A DNA stretch of 64,000 nt from assembly GCA_001687465.1 (NCBI GenBank), contig LVLI01000140.1:186001-250000 (forward strand), written 5' to 3'. Shown piece by piece: positions 28,734 through 40,399 of the stretch. Source of the DNA: Halocafeteria seosinensis (lineage: Eukaryota). The notes under the pieces were generated by a model that saw only the letters and a list, made by a program, of their open reading frames with translations, was not told where the DNA came from and made no database searches. Both the position numbers and the translations under genes were made by a program. Position 1 is the stretch's first letter. Each line of letters starts with the position of its first letter.

Positions 28734-30491
28734 ATGGAGAGCTTCCAGAAAAACCTGCAGACGACAGCTAAGAAGCAGTCCATCAACCGGAACCATACAC
28801 AACAGCGCTTGCACGGCCTATTAGAGGAGCTCAAGACCAAGCGGCAACAAGTATCCCAAGGTAAAGTCATACTCCTTTGCGCCGGTCCTGGTTTAAAGGG
28901 TTTGGAACCCCTCTATGGACGAGAAAAAGGGAATAGTGCACGCTTCAATGCGTCCATTTGCTGGCATGTTCAACTTGGGAGAGGAAGATGCCGGATATCT
29001 GTATGCGCTTGGCTACCTTTAAACGTTTCTTCATGATTTCATGCAGGAACTTTATCCCTGGACCAATGCCGAGAGGAGGTCAAACAGCATGTACAGGAGA
29101 AGGAACTACTCGAAAAAACTAAATCGGACCATCGAGCTTATCATACCTCCATTTCCAAACTAGGCAAGGAAATCGAAAAGGTAAGGAACAGTTAGGTTCA
29201 AAGTAGATAAGATGTTTTTCATCACTTGACTGTGAACGCTGCTGCAGAACTTTGAGACAAACATTGATGAGTTGTGCCCCTCGTTTGACTCTCTTGGCGA
29301 TTCGGCACTGGAAGAACTCAATGGTGCAATTTCTGATCATCTAATTCGCAGGGGCAAATTCTCCTCGGCTCTGTCTGTACAAAGCGCTACCGATACGGAG
29401 CTAAGTCAACAGCTGTTGTCCTCTTTTAGGGACATCTATCAAACTGCCTCTAGCATACGACAGGGTTACTTAGATGAGGCATTAGAATGGGCTAGAGAGC
29501 ATTCATCCCTCTTGGAAGAACTTGGAAGTTCCCTAGAATTCCGCCTTCATGCGCTACGTTTTGTGGCGATTCTTTGTGGTACAGAAAGTGGAAGACGGGA
29601 AGAACAAAATGGAGACGTGGAAATGTCTGCTGGTGGAAGCTCGTCGACGCGGCAAGGCTCCAGTCATGGTCAGCATAATGGAGACGGTATCAACCCCGAC
29701 TACATCCCAAACTCGAAGAGAGTACCGCTAGCACTGGCGTATGCACGCCAGACATTCCCTCACTTTGACTATAACCATGCAGAGGATATCGGAAAGCTGA
29801 TGGCTATGGCTTTGTATGCTAAAGATATTAAGCACAGCCCCTACGCCGAATTTGCTGACTGGAAGAAAATTACGAAGCATGTTAGTGATATATACGTCAG
29901 AGATAGATGCCGTGTGCTAGGTTTTGCATATGAGTCTCCTCTGGAAACTGTAGTAAATGCTGGGACGATTGCAAAACCCGTCATAGGCACTCTGGCTAAG
30001 AAGTTGCAAGTGACGGGGATGAATCTCAATGAGTACGCTAGTGAATTACCTGTCGAAGTTCCTCTCCCTCACAAGTAAGTTGTTTAGGTGCTGATTTGTT
30101 CAACAACTCGTTTGGTAATTGGAATCCTCCATGAATATGCAGATATCGGTTTCACTCTGTATTTTGTTGCCCTATACAAAGAGGGCAAGTGGATTATAAG
30201 AATCCTCCTGTGTTGCTCAGTTGTGGCCATGTGATAAGCGCTGAAGCCCTTGACGGAATCGTTAGCAACAGGTCCTCTTTCAAATGCCCGATTTGCCCCG
30301 AAACTATGACTGCTGAGGAAGTTCGGTCTTTGCGAATCGATCCTCAATGGAACGAAAATCCCAACGAAAATGAAAACCGTGCCTCCCGGTATCGGTTCGG
30401 AAGCTCTCGCAACAACAATAGCAACAATGGTAGCACAAGCGGGAGAGGTGGAAATGGAGGCAGTAGCCGGCGCTTCGGTCGCCGACGGTGA
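28734..30491 (+). CDS. RMND5: GID/CTLH E3 ligase RING subunit RMND5/Gid2
   Basis: LisH/CTLH (ISDHLIRRG, ALEWA, LEFRLH), CRA (ESPL...AG), ELPVEV...FHSVFCCP...NPPVLLSCGHVIS...FKCPICP; three introns. Confidence 0.9.
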
Positions 30492-31207
30492 TCTCTTCAT
30501 AATAGAAAGCTATCAAAAAACGCAATAGGACAAGTTACCACTGGTACTTCCATTGCACTAGTTATTCCCCCTGCTGTTCTTGCATTTTGCGGCGTTCGCA
30601 CTTGAACTCACAGTCACCTCGACTTGCCACATACCTAGACATACGGCCTGGAAGAACTCTATTCGGCAAGATACTAACCCTATAGTTACGGAAAGTCGGT
30701 GGAGGCCACGTAGATCAAGGTGGGCAGCCACTCTGGCATCTGTAAACTGTCTTCACAACTCCGAGTCAATTTTGATTTTGGGGACAGGTCACGCCCGCCG
30801 AGTTTGCGCAGTGACTGTCCTGTACAGGCGTCTTTCGCTTGCGTGAGGAATGCATTCTGTCCGTGGAACAAACAGGCGCGCGACATTGTTCTTAAAGTAG
30901 CCCACTGGGCCTCGTAGCGCAGTTCCCTGGTCCACCCAGGGGAGTCGGTGACTTCGGTTACAGCTGCCTGCAATGGTTTTTCGAAGGTCCGTTGAGCTGT
31001 CTTTCCACCGGCGTCTACAGTACTTTTCCATGTTTGTGTGGTGTTGATGTCGCCTACAAACATTTACGCAATGGTTGCTAAAACTCGGGGAGGGCGTCTA
31101 GTGTGACGGAAAACATCCGAACAAGGCTACAACGCTTCAAATAGAGAGTGTGGTTGCGGCGCTCGCTGGTTGTTCTATCCAATATAATCAACCAAAATTG
31201 TGCAATC

Positions 31208-33007
31208 ATGTCCCTGTCCGCCGTAGGAGACTGGTTCCACAGGTTCCGAATTCCTTTGATCCTGCTAGTGATGCCGTATTTCTTCATGCTCGTGTCAGCT
31301 CTGGTCGACAGATGCCTCAGGGATTGGTACAAGAAGCACGACAAGATCCGGGAAGAACTGAGGGCCGAGAAGCTGAGGGAAGCTATGGAGCATTCCAAGA
31401 AAAACAAGTTCGTCCCTACTGGATATCCTCTGAAGAACTGCTCCTGCCAGAATATTGAGCCTCATTTTTTCTTCATCTGGTTCTCGATGATCTCCCTGGC
31501 CGCTGCCGTCATTGGATTCTGGATAGAATTGGAAAACGACAACCTGCCCGTAATTGGGCGGCGCATTTTCATCATAATGGCTGTAGCTCTTTGCTTCCAC
31601 TCAGTACTTATGTTCGTGGTGTTGGTGGGAAAGATTGCTGGACTAAGGATGGGAAATCATATCGAGTGCTTGGCCAATAACCCGAGGAATGCAATCGATG
31701 AGGAGGGCAAACGCTTTGTTGTCTTCTCGGTAGGGTTGGAAGGCTGTAGAAAGGTAAGTTATCATGTGCTTTCTGTTGGAGTATGCCGTTTGTTGGATCA
31801 TTGTCATTCTATTGAGAGCAGATACTGTACTCCACGGTGGGTCTATTTTTCGAACTCATTGAGAAAGCGCTGGACCGTATATCCAATATATTCGATCTCA
31901 AAATATTCTGGATACCAAGTGCATTCTTGCGTTTGGCACAAGAGAAGGACATAATCAAGAATATGCGAATTGTACGTCTACTGTTTCTAGTCGTGTGTGG
32001 AAACTGAATTTCGTATCTGTCTCCTCTCGCATTGTTGTCGGCAGGACTATAGGACGGTAACGTAGGTGATGAAATGATGATGAATGTATGCGACATGGGA
32101 ACAGTTTCAAGTTTTCTTGGCAGATACGATCTGGATTTCGGCGACGCCTACTTAAGATTTTGTTATGAAAAATTGCTTAATACGTTGACGTTTACAATAT
32201 GGAGCAAATTGTGCGTATACCAGGCTACCTCCCTCTAATCCCCTTCTGCTCAACCACATCTATGAACTTTCCGTCATACAGCAACGAGAAACATTACAGA
32301 AAGTGGCTTGACAAGCACATTCGTTTCGTTGGAGAACCTCCAGGTAAATCGTCCCTCCCAATATGCTGTTAACGTTCACAATATAGCAGAATGTGTGGTT
32401 CTCAGAGATCGGAAATAATAATTTTGAGTACCATCAGGCTCGCCCTAGCCTCGGGGCATATGCTAAGGCTTGTCCTCTATTTGCTACCCTGATCTGTGCT
32501 GCATGTGGTCAGTACATACTGTTTAAAGACAAAGTTGAAAAAATGCGCCTCGGAGGTGTCAAGATGGTTCTGAAGAGCACATTCACCATGGCAGCTTGGT
32601 AAGTATCCAAACCAGAGAGAAATATGAAACCATTGAGACTGGTTTTAGACGAATTCTAAGTGTACAGGACCAAGCTTTTTTTGAAGACGTGTTGCGCACT
32701 CCGCCGGGAGGCTTTCCATAACGAGCTAGACGATAACATCGTTTTTGCCGGGGCAGTGAATACGAAGAGACTGCAAGAATTCACTGAATGCGCATTCCGA
32801 GCGGCCGTCACAGAAGCGCCACCGTCTAAGACCAGTGACGGGGATGTAGAAATGCAACAGTCCATGACAAATCCTATCAACCCGCCTACTCAAAAGGTTA
32901 CACCACAACAAGCCCAAGCCTCTGGTACTGGTGAGCAGGAGCAAATGGCAGCCCCAGTGCAAACTGCCTATTCCGCGAAAGCCACTAGCGCCGGTGAATC
33001 AAAGTGA
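31208..33007 (+). CDS. Hypothetical multi-pass membrane protein, multi-exon; possible extra terminal exon to 33654
   Basis: Three hydrophobic helices in ORF 31148..31954. Downstream exons are linked by GT-AG introns (e.g. GCT TG|gtaagt...gtacag|G ACC). Confidence 0.55.
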
Positions 33008-33610
33008 AACTGAGTTTCGCATTCCTTCTTCGCCCAAGTGTTTTGGCACAAAGGCAATGGGGTGCTGAAAACACTGAGACTGTCCGGTTTTTGCTTTCAT
33101 AGGGAATGGTTTGATATTTTTTTTTTAATCTTCTGAACCTGTTAGTAGCTTTAGGTCCTAATGTCGGAACATGCGACGACACAACAGTAGCCCATACGAA
33201 GAGAAATACACAAGCACTGAACGATTTCCATATACGGGAAGTCACTGAGTGGTAACGTAGGAATTGAGGTACAGTGATGTGTGGTACCTTGAATTCCCTT
33301 CTCATGGTGAGATCCCAAACGGCGTTGAACAAGAGGAAGTTCCGAGGGAAGTGTTCTTCGGAGCTCGATACAGGTGGAATGCCACTCAGAGCCAGGCGTT
33401 GTATATCCGGGGTGTTTACAGGGGTTGAAAATACTGACATAGCCTTTGTATCCGTTTCACGCTTTTCTTGCAATGCGCAGAGACAAATTGCCAGCCCAGT
33501 GCAAACTGTCTATCCCGCGAGTACCAATAGTGCCGTAACTGAACCTTCTACTTTTAAAGCTACCGGCAGCGATGTCGAAATGCAAACTATCACAAATCCT
33601 ATGAACTCCG
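32801..33610 (+). repeat. Diverged internal duplication of coding segments
   Basis: cccagtgcaaactgcctattccgcga (~32954) vs cccagtgcaaactgtctatcccgcga (~33495). AVTEAPPSKTSDGDVEMQQSMTNP vs AVTEPSTFKATGSDVEMQTITNP. Confidence 0.75.
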
Positions 33611-33733
33611 GGGCTGCAATTGTTCCTCAAGAGGCAACGAGCAAGAACAAATGACCACGTCGGTACAAACCGCCTATTCTGCAAAACCAATGGTCAAAGG
33701 AAACTGAGCACTAGCACGATTAGGCGTCTGATA

Positions 33734-36684
33734 TCATTCCCTTTTTAGCAGCTCTCGAACGCAATTAGTCGCATAACAGCTTGGTGGCAAATTAAAACTC
33801 AATTGTATTCCCGCATTTTCCGTTTCATCGGCCCCTGTAGGCGGTACAATGCTTCCCGTCAATTGCCTAGGTATGGCCATGATGTGCCTGTAAGAGCCTT
33901 TTATTGAGTACAACCATTCTGGATCGAAGCGTACAGAACTTGGTGTTGGCAGGGAGCTCCCACATCGTGCAGCTATCTCTCTACTCCGCCCACCTACTTG
34001 TTTCCACCTACGTGTGGACGCATCATCTGCCTTTTGTTGCATCTCCGTATTTTCTTCAGCACAGACAGGCCATAAATATCTTACGGTGTCATCGCTAGCC
34101 AGGTGTTTGAAGTAGGCTTCTCCTATGGCATTCAGAGGATACATAACTCCTCGGCCGGGAACTGGCAATACGACGTGTTCCATTCCGAACGACCTTCGCT
34201 CAAGATCTTCCCGTGTCAATGTATGTACATCCAACTTGTCCGCACTAACTGAGATTCGTGACCATATATGGACAGGTGAAGAGTCTCGAGAAGTGTCAAG
34301 CAAAACAAGGTCTCCCACAACAGGTTGAGAGCCGAACAACCTTAGTCGAATAGTAGCCATGCGGTTCCAAACTAGGCTCTGATATGAATGCAGCCAAATA
34401 GTCTTAGTTCCATATGGGACATTGTCGATTGCACAGAATGAAGCCATTTCAGAGTCCTGAGAATCGTCATAAAGACTTTTCGTATGTTTACGCAAGTGAT
34501 TGAGGATCATGTGTTGCATGGTGCAACGAAGAGGGAACATTTTCGATACCTCCTCCGGATCAGCTCTCCTATACCATGCCATTCGAGCCTTCCTTTCTTC
34601 TCCGAATGACCCAACACGCGGAAGCATAACCCGATGAACAGCTTCAATAAAGCTACCTCGATAAAGGGAAGCCCCGATATCGGAGGAGGAATATCCATCC
34701 TGTGTGAATCCGTTTCCGACACGCTGAGTGCCGTAGTAATTGATGAACCCAAAGGTCCTGAGCGCATCTAGGGAATGCTGTAATTTTTGGTTAGTTAATG
34801 TGTTTAACTTGCCACAGCTAACATCCCGAGGCGAATGCTCCAGGGGCGGATTCTCCACTAGCTGCACTAGAGTATGGTATCGTTCTCGCTTGAAGCACGT
34901 CTCCGGTGCACCTGCTTTCAATTCAATATCCACACCGTCAACGTAGCAGTTCTGCTGGTCGTCTATCGAAACTTCCGATACATCTTGGGTATCATCTAGT
35001 CTTGAGAACAGTGTTGGTCGTATAACGATGTCAAAATGGTTACCCCCCAACTCACCAACCTGCAACGGGAAGAGTCCATAAGAGAACCCACCAACATCCA
35101 CGCTGGCGAGGCATCGCGCCTCGGTGGAGAAGCCATCAGTAACGGTTCTCGCTTTGTAGATCCGTTGAAGTAGGGACTTCGGCGGAACTCCTTGAATGCA
35201 AGCCCTTTGTATCGTAATTGCAGCTTTGTCCTTAATTCCTGCTGTAATCACCTGGTGAGATGAAGCTGAAAGGCTGCTTCCCAGGGCGCGCGTTACCTGG
35301 ATTATCTTGAGCGGTAAGAGACATTATTGAGAACTCCATCAACCAAACTAGACTTACCATCACATGCTCCTCGTTGTATTTTCGGAGGAGAAAGTGCGTC
35401 CAAATGTGTTTACCGAGCTTATTCGTATGTATGTCAGTATCTGCTGACTCGGCATCTTCTCTGAGTCGCTTTAGGTTTCTGGCTTTCTTGTAAAATATAC
35501 AGATTTTATGACCTTCAAACTCTTCCTGATGTGTTTGATGTTTCAAGGCTTTGTCGGTATTGACAGAGTGAGCGTGTTTTGCCTCCAGATATTTAAATTT
35601 GGAATGCAACAAACCAAAAAATCGTTTTCTTACACTCCGGTCTTGAGGAAGTCGAAGTACCACACCGTGCGTGGCGAAGGGGTGTCGAGGAGTCCGTACC
35701 ATGTACAAGAGCAGCAGGAAATAGTCAACGGAAGGAACAAATTCCTGAAGCGTTTCTACTTGAGCATCGTAGTTTACCCCTAGGCATTTATTCGAACGTT
35801 GTGCGGAACCGCTGTTGCAGTAGATGTCAATGGTGTTGACTTCGTCCACTCGAAGCAGATCACTGTTTAGGAAGGGATAAAGCCCAAGCGAGCGCCGCAA
35901 TTGTCCTCGTAGGTGCTTGCTAGATTCCATCTCTTCCGGAAGCCGAATAACCAATTCCATATCTGAAGTAGTGCGGATATCTTCGGTCAGGGTTGTTCTA
36001 TCCAAGCCTCCCTTGGGGAAGAGAAACGAGTGGGAGGGTAAGTTCGCCTTATTGAGGCTGGCAATGAATTCATCCTTGTAGAATTGGGGTACCACTATGC
36101 CCTTCCATTCTGCTATACGAATTGCAAACTGATGGAGTTGGATCAGTCCATTGGCACCCAGGTTTTGTTGCAACACCTCCAAACAGTCATCCATATCTCC
36201 ATTCCACTGGTGTTTTGTTGCCTCATTCTCAAGGGCCCTTGCCGTTTCGGCCGCTTGCGTATACTCGTACGGCAGATCTGGGATATCCTTGGTCATTTCC
36301 GACTCTTCACAGATGGTGCCATCGGGTCTAATTTCCTTGACGATGAAATCTTCAGGTCTGCAACCCGGAAGGAATCTATAAGTGCACACAAACACGCTAA
36401 AAATAACGGCTTTAATTTAGAGTATGTTCCCCAAAAATATTTAACTTATGAAATTGCTCGCTGAAGAGTTCCCAGAGCTCTCGCAGGACTTACCTATTTT
36501 TGAGATACCCTTCGAAACCGGGGAGTGTATTCGCGTACAAGTTGATACCGTTCCCGGAAAGCAAATGGGGCTTTGCGGAGCGTGTGATGCCCAACATAGA
36601 GCTTCTAGAGTCCGAGGAGCCCTCCGTCATGGTTGTGAATGTCCGAGACCAAAGGGGGGGAGGTCTTCTAGCACCGCGAATCAT
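33734..36684 (-). CDS. PUS7: TruD/Pus7-family pseudouridine synthase, 3 exons
   Basis: GYLKNR|PEDFIVKEI, catalytic AGIKDKAAITIQ, GELGGNHFDIVIR, GFINYYGTQR, HSYQSLVWNRM, GSYRHI, FNLPPSCYAT. Confidence 0.92.
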
Positions 36685-37059
36685 GTAGCACTCACCCTCC
36701 AGCTGTATCCAGGGACTTACATATTCAATCCGAACCGATACTGAGCGTAAAATAAGGAGTCGTCGTATGGAAAATGCCTATCGGGGACCCGGGGCGACCC
36801 GAAGCTGAGCTTCACAACAGAACAATTCTTCATCCCAGGGTAGGCTGAGGTGCTCGGGCTGAGACTCTGAGTACGGCCTGCGTTTTGTACATTTATTGGT
36901 CGGAATGGTCCTACTGTATCTGAAATATTCTGCGCCGTTGGTTTCGACGCCCATCGCGATTGGTGACTTGAGGAAATATACTGTACATTCCGAATTTCCT
37001 GCCCTCTGTGACTGCGCTTTTTCTACACTTTTGTGTACTCTTTCCCCGAGAGCACCAAG

Positions 37060-37534
37060 AATGCCGGTACTCGATCAGGAGATAAATAAAAAAGCGCTGA
37101 ATGGCGTGGTAATTGCGCTTTTGTGTGTTCCATTATTTGAAATGTGTTTCCACATGAGCTACAGCTACCCCCTTCGAAACAATTACCCTGACAAAATCGA
37201 TCTTCAGGTGGCGCACATGTTTAAGAGGTTTACAAAGGATTGTCCAGCACCAGAGGAGTACAAGAACGTAACAATTCGGCTCCATGAGTCTTACAACACC
37301 AGATTTGTTAACTTGACGTACACAGGGGAAGCAATCAACGTCCACTGTTACAACCGAGGTGAAATAAGCTGCCAAAACAACACGGGTGTGAACATTCTAT
37401 GGTTGATGGACAAGGTCAAACTTCCGTTGAGCCATGAACCAGTAAAGTACTATTATGACATTATTTTAATGCCTAGAAGAGACTGTTATTATGAAGCTGT
37501 CCGAGCAATGCCAACGAATGAGAATTCGCCATGA
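37060..37534 (+). CDS. Hypothetical intronless protein with N-terminal hydrophobic segment (secreted or type II membrane)
   Basis: ORF 36896..37534; likely start MPVLDQ; hydrophobic GVVIALLCVPLF; several Cys and N-x-T sequons. Confidence 0.5.
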
Positions 37535-37744
37535 TGTAGAAGTGGCACAACCCTACTGAGTGTCTCGACGTAGGGTGCCTGACAGTGTGGTGGCTTTCAA
37601 ATAGTACACTTAGTGCTACACTGCTATTCTTTGTATTACCACTACAGTATCTTCCCTAACAGAATCCTCTACGGTAAACGGCACAGACAGGAGTAAAACC
37701 TCGACGGAAAGAAGTAGAAGAATCCGTCCTACAAGTGTGTACCT

Positions 37745-37820
37745 GCTCGTCACGTTTGTTTGCCATGCAAGCCTAAATTGGAGGCTCGTCACTTTTGTTT
37801 GCCATACCAGGCTGAATCGC
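37745..37820. repeat. Two-copy tandem repeat, period 39 nt
   Basis: gctcgtcacgtttgtttgccat (37745) and gctcgtcacttttgtttgccat (37784). Confidence 0.8.
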
Positions 37821-38065
37821 CGATTCAGAATCGGATCGAAAACTTCACCGAGCTTCACAAGGCATAATTCAAATCAACCCCACGCTTAGAAAGCAGCCAG
37901 GAGGAGTAATAATGAACTAGTTCACCGGCTTGTATGCAAGTGACGTACTGACCAATTAAGTACACCCGAGGCATACTACACTGAAACCTCTTAAATAGCA
38001 CAGAGAGTAGGTAGGTCTGCTGAAAAGAGGAGTTCCATTTGAATTGTACAACTCAAACAAGCGCA

Positions 38066-39963
38066 ATGGGGAGCGAAAAGGACGACTATGAAGGGTACGT
38101 GTACTTTCATTCCATTTACTGGCGGGTAAACTATGTTCAAATAATTCTGCGAACTTCAGGGCACTTGCTGGGGTCAATGCATGCTTGTCCGTCAAAATTG
38201 AAGATGATATTGACACCCAACAAACGGTCTCCTCAGTGCTGGAAGCGCTGGGGGCAACAATCCACAAGCGCGTTGAGCGTAAAACCACGCATTTGATATG
38301 TCATGACGGAGGGGATGCGAGCTCCCTCGCTGACGATAAAAATGTAGAGACTGCTCTTAAGAAAGGGGACGTCAAGATTGTCAGCGTGTTGTGGGTTAAC
38401 GACTGTATGCAAGACAACAAACACTTAGAAGAAACCCCCTACTCGCTAGAGATATCGAAAGATACGACCACACCGACGAGCTCCAAAAAGAAAAGAAGAA
38501 GATCCAAANCTACTCTGGTAAAATCTGGAAAGAACATTGGAGATCCAGAGGATGCCAAATTCTCATCTTCGCAGCGAGAAAACGGACCATTGGAAGAACT
38601 CGACGCGAACACCGCTTCCAAGACCCCCGCATCAGGAAGATCGAAACAGCGTCGGACTAGTAGTGGAGCCAGTTCCGCTTCATCCAAGAAAGACACTCCA
38701 AAATCAAACCCTAAGAAACAAAAGTCCCCCGCTCAGATTTTCAGCGATGAGGACGAGGATGATGATGAAGAGATGAACAGCTCAGCCATCTGGTCGAATG
38801 AAAAAGCGAAAGCATCCAAATCGACCCCAACATCCGTTAACAGCAAGTCGAGTACACCATCGAAGAACAAAGAACCTTCGAAAACTGCGTCGTCGGCGTC
38901 GAAAAAGACGCCACCGACCGTAAAGAAGTCTACCGGTGCGAAAGCCTCGGGTGCGGAGAAGGCAGACACAGAGAAGGAAGCAACCAACTCCCGCTCTCGC
39001 GAAAGCTCAGCGAAGAAATCTAGTGGCTCCAGTAAGGAGAAACCTATTAAAAGAAGTTCGTCATCCTCAAAGAAGAGAGGAGAGAGCAAAACGAAGGCGA
39101 AATCAGCTGCAGTAGGGGCAGACACGACGACCAAGTCTCAAACCAAAACTGGAGCGACTACTAAAAAGGCTTCGGTGGCTAAGAAGTTGGTTCCTAAGGT
39201 TGATTTACGCGAATCCGAGACTGAGCGGCCGGCAATCGTTGGGGTTACAAAGTGTGACGACGCAGTACTCTCCGATACCGTTCAAACACTGTCTTTCCGC
39301 GATTTTGGGAAGGACGAAGAGAGGCAGTTCATGTTTAGCGAAGACCCAAAGAGTATCACTCACTTGATTATCGGTGGGCGTTGCCAACGCACGCTCAAAC
39401 TCCTATATGCGTTTGCGAAAGGTGCGTGGATTCTGGAACCTGCGTGGGCGTACCGTTCTCTCGAAGCCGGCTATCCGATATACGAGCGAGACTACGAGGC
39501 TAGCGTCAGCTCTTTCAAACGCTTTATTGACCCATCCGTTCGACCGCAAACGGCAAGTAAGTCTGCCAGTGAAGAATTCCACAAACGTTTGAGGGAGATG
39601 AAAGGAGAACTATTTTCTGGAAAGCTCTTTTTCATCCATGAATCAGTGTCTTCTGATTTTCCTAAGGAAGATCTCGAAAGCCTGGTAGAAGCAGCTGGCG
39701 GTCGGTGTATCCAGCACTCTTCACCGGAAACCGAAACGTTGGACGCCATCATTGTTGGGAAGAAAACGAAAGCAAAGATTGGAAAAGTGATCGACGGAGT
39801 AGATGACAATGTACCCGTGACCACTACCGAATGGATTTTACGCAGTATAATGTCTGCGGAGCGACTGGACGCCGACCGCACTGAGTGGTTTGTGCAGTAC
39901 AATAAGGGAGAGGAACCGGAAACAGAGCCAATGACAACTGAAGGAGGCATTTCCGCTGCTTAA
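38066..39963 (+). CDS. MCPH1: Microcephalin-like protein: N-terminal BRCT, basic disordered linker, tandem C-terminal BRCTs
   Basis: LEALGATIHKRVERKTTHLI...VKIVSVLWVNDC; THLII...RTLKLLYAFAKGAWIL..AW; LESLVEAAGG...EWILRSI. One intron near the 5' end; an ambiguous N at 38509. Confidence 0.75.
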
Positions 39964-40399
39964 GCTTCGCTTTCGTGAACTAGTGACGTCAGAACTTACC
40001 ACGATAACATCAATGAAATAAGACATCTGATGAGCTCCAGCTTCCCCCACTGTATGCTGGCAAGGAGTCAACTCTTCCGGGAGAGTCTTCCCCTTGAGCT
40101 TCACAAACTATACGCTGCTTCCTGAATATTCAATAAATGATGCTAAGACACATGGGAACCATTGCTGGTCCGGAAAAGGGGGTTGTAGTTGTAAATTCAC
40201 CTGGTTCTGCACCGTCTCCATTTCCATCACTTCATGCTACAGCAAGACCAACACAGAAGCAAGCAGATCAAAGGCAAAGGGGTATTAGAACTTACTTCCT
40301 GTGTTGTAGCGGATGTAGTGGACTGTTTTTAAGGGGCGAGGACCCTTCCACGCTTAACTATTGGTACTCTGTAATGCTCCAAAGGGTGAATGTAGTGCC

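Noticed and set aside
30686..31063. 125-aa minus-strand ORF
   Set aside because: No recognisable motif or splice support; cannot be distinguished from chance.
36845..36900. TPP-riboswitch-like ggtgctcgggctgaga
   Set aside because: The 3' half (UGAU...UAAU..CAGCG.AGG) is absent.
38509..38509. X residue in the BRCT protein
   Set aside because: Single ambiguous base in the assembly, not recoding.
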